From a virus (Duplodnaviria > Caudoviricetes), in the IMG/VR virus record IMGVR_UViG_3300037467_002078, positions 1 to 53,655 of that record: 53,655 nucleotides of DNA. One strand, written 5' to 3'. The position numbers and the translations under genes were made by a program. Under the pieces are notes generated by a model, which made no database searches, had not been told where the DNA came from, and worked only from the letters and a program-made list of their open reading frames with translations. Positions 52,945-53,655 of the stretch are shown one piece after another. Within the stretch, counting starts at the first letter, position 1; every line of letters begins with the position of its first letter.

Positions 52945-53140
52945 ATCGAAGACAATTCGTGACCACACAATTGCAGCCTTTTTAACTGCATTGTCTGGTG
53001 CGATCCTGGCAGTATCCCCTGATTTACGAGAGATGGTACCAAACTGGGTATACGTCCCATTGCTGTTACTAGCTAACATGCATGGAATCTGGCGTCGCAT
53101 ACAAACCACAGAGCCTATACAAAAAGAAGGAGAAGAATGA
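52925..53140 (+). CDS. Putative holin
   Basis: Two hydrophobic segments, R..TTEPI tail, ATGA overlap with endolysin. Confidence 0.65.
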   Translation: MAKQIAESKTIRDHTIAAFLTALSGAILAVSPDLREMVPNWVYVPLLLLANMHGIWRRIQTTEPIQKEGEE

Positions 53141-53655
53141 TAACAATAGAACAGCTCTCAATGGTCTGCCGAAGGGCGAAGACGGGCAAATTACTTCGGT
53201 TCCTCGATCCTTTGGAAGATGCGATGGATCGGTTTGATATAAATAATGCCCTGAGGCAGGCGGCTTTTATTGCGCAGGTAGCTCATGAGACCGCAGAATT
53301 CACCTACCTCGAAGAACTTGCTTCTGGGCACGCTTACGACGGACGTGCCGATTTAGGAAATATCCGTCCAGAGGCCGTCCGAATTTCTGCCGCTCACGGA
53401 AAGACACCCGGTGTGTGGTGGAAAGGAAGAGGTCTGCTTCAAGTTACCGGCTTTGACAATTACAGAGCGTGCGGTAATGCGCTCGGCCTTGATCTTCTGA
53501 ACGATCCTGGCCAACTTGTTCAGCCTAGGCACGCTTGCGACTCTGCTGGATGGTTTTGGAAAGATTTTAAAGGTCTCAACGAGCTTGCCGACGCGAGGAA
53601 TTTTCTCCGTATTACAAAAAGAATAAACGGCGGATATAACCACTTGGAAGAAAGA
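53137..53655 (+). CDS. GH19 (chitinase-like) endolysin, N-terminal part; ends at 184 after the junction
   Basis: AAFIAQVAHET, YDGRADLGN, KGRGLLQVTGFDNY, SAGWFW, ITKRINGG. Confidence 0.93.
   Translation, partial: MITIEQLSMVCRRAKTGKLLRFLDPLEDAMDRFDINNALRQAAFIAQVAHETAEFTYLEELASGHAYDGRADLGNIRPEAVRISAAHGKTPGVWWKGRGLLQVTGFDNYRACGNALGLDLLNDPGQLVQPRHACDSAGWFWKDFKGLNELADARNFLRITKRINGGYNHLEER
53529..53655. repeat. Terminal direct repeat, right copy
   Basis: Identical to 1-127. Confidence 0.95.

Noticed and set aside
1-53655. tRNA genes, integrase or att site
   Set aside because: No cloverleaf with a T-loop consensus and no recombinase motifs found by eye; a tRNAscan run would confirm

Overview
The window is an apparently complete, circularly permuted ~53.5 kb tailed dsDNA phage genome with siphovirus-type head and tail genes. 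Bases 1-127 equal 53529-53655, and a GH19 endolysin reads across that junction. No integrase or CI-like repressor was recognised. The minus strand (about 2.0-26.5 kb) carries early and replication genes: primase-helicase, DnaJ-like protein, ThyA, DNA ligase, DUF932, putative SSB, family A DNA polymerase, Cas4-like and VRR-NUC nucleases and an SNF2 helicase. It also carries a nucleotide-modification cluster: SAM methyltransferase, MazG-like pyrophosphatase, dNMP kinase fused to a UDG-like domain, a second thymidylate-synthase homologue with the dCMP-type Asp, and dCMP deaminase. The plus strand (28.7 kb to the end, then 1-2006) carries a Q-like regulator, terminases, portal, head genes, a putative fibre module, tail genes, a FliA-like sigma factor, the lysis genes and a GT-B glycosyltransferase. 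Two things stand out. The first is a predicted cytosine substitution/hypermodification pathway with extra enzymes. The second is a dense RNA/DNA regulatory layer: sigma70 promoters with palindromic -35 operators, a shared CTTGCTGAGG ribosome-binding motif, and a promoter-proximal structured RNA carrying its exact complement. There are also two long-stem structured intergenic RNAs, a gene-32-like pseudoknot before the putative SSB gene, and GGA-loop hairpins before the scaffold and capsid genes. All calls come from reading motifs by eye; no searches were run.
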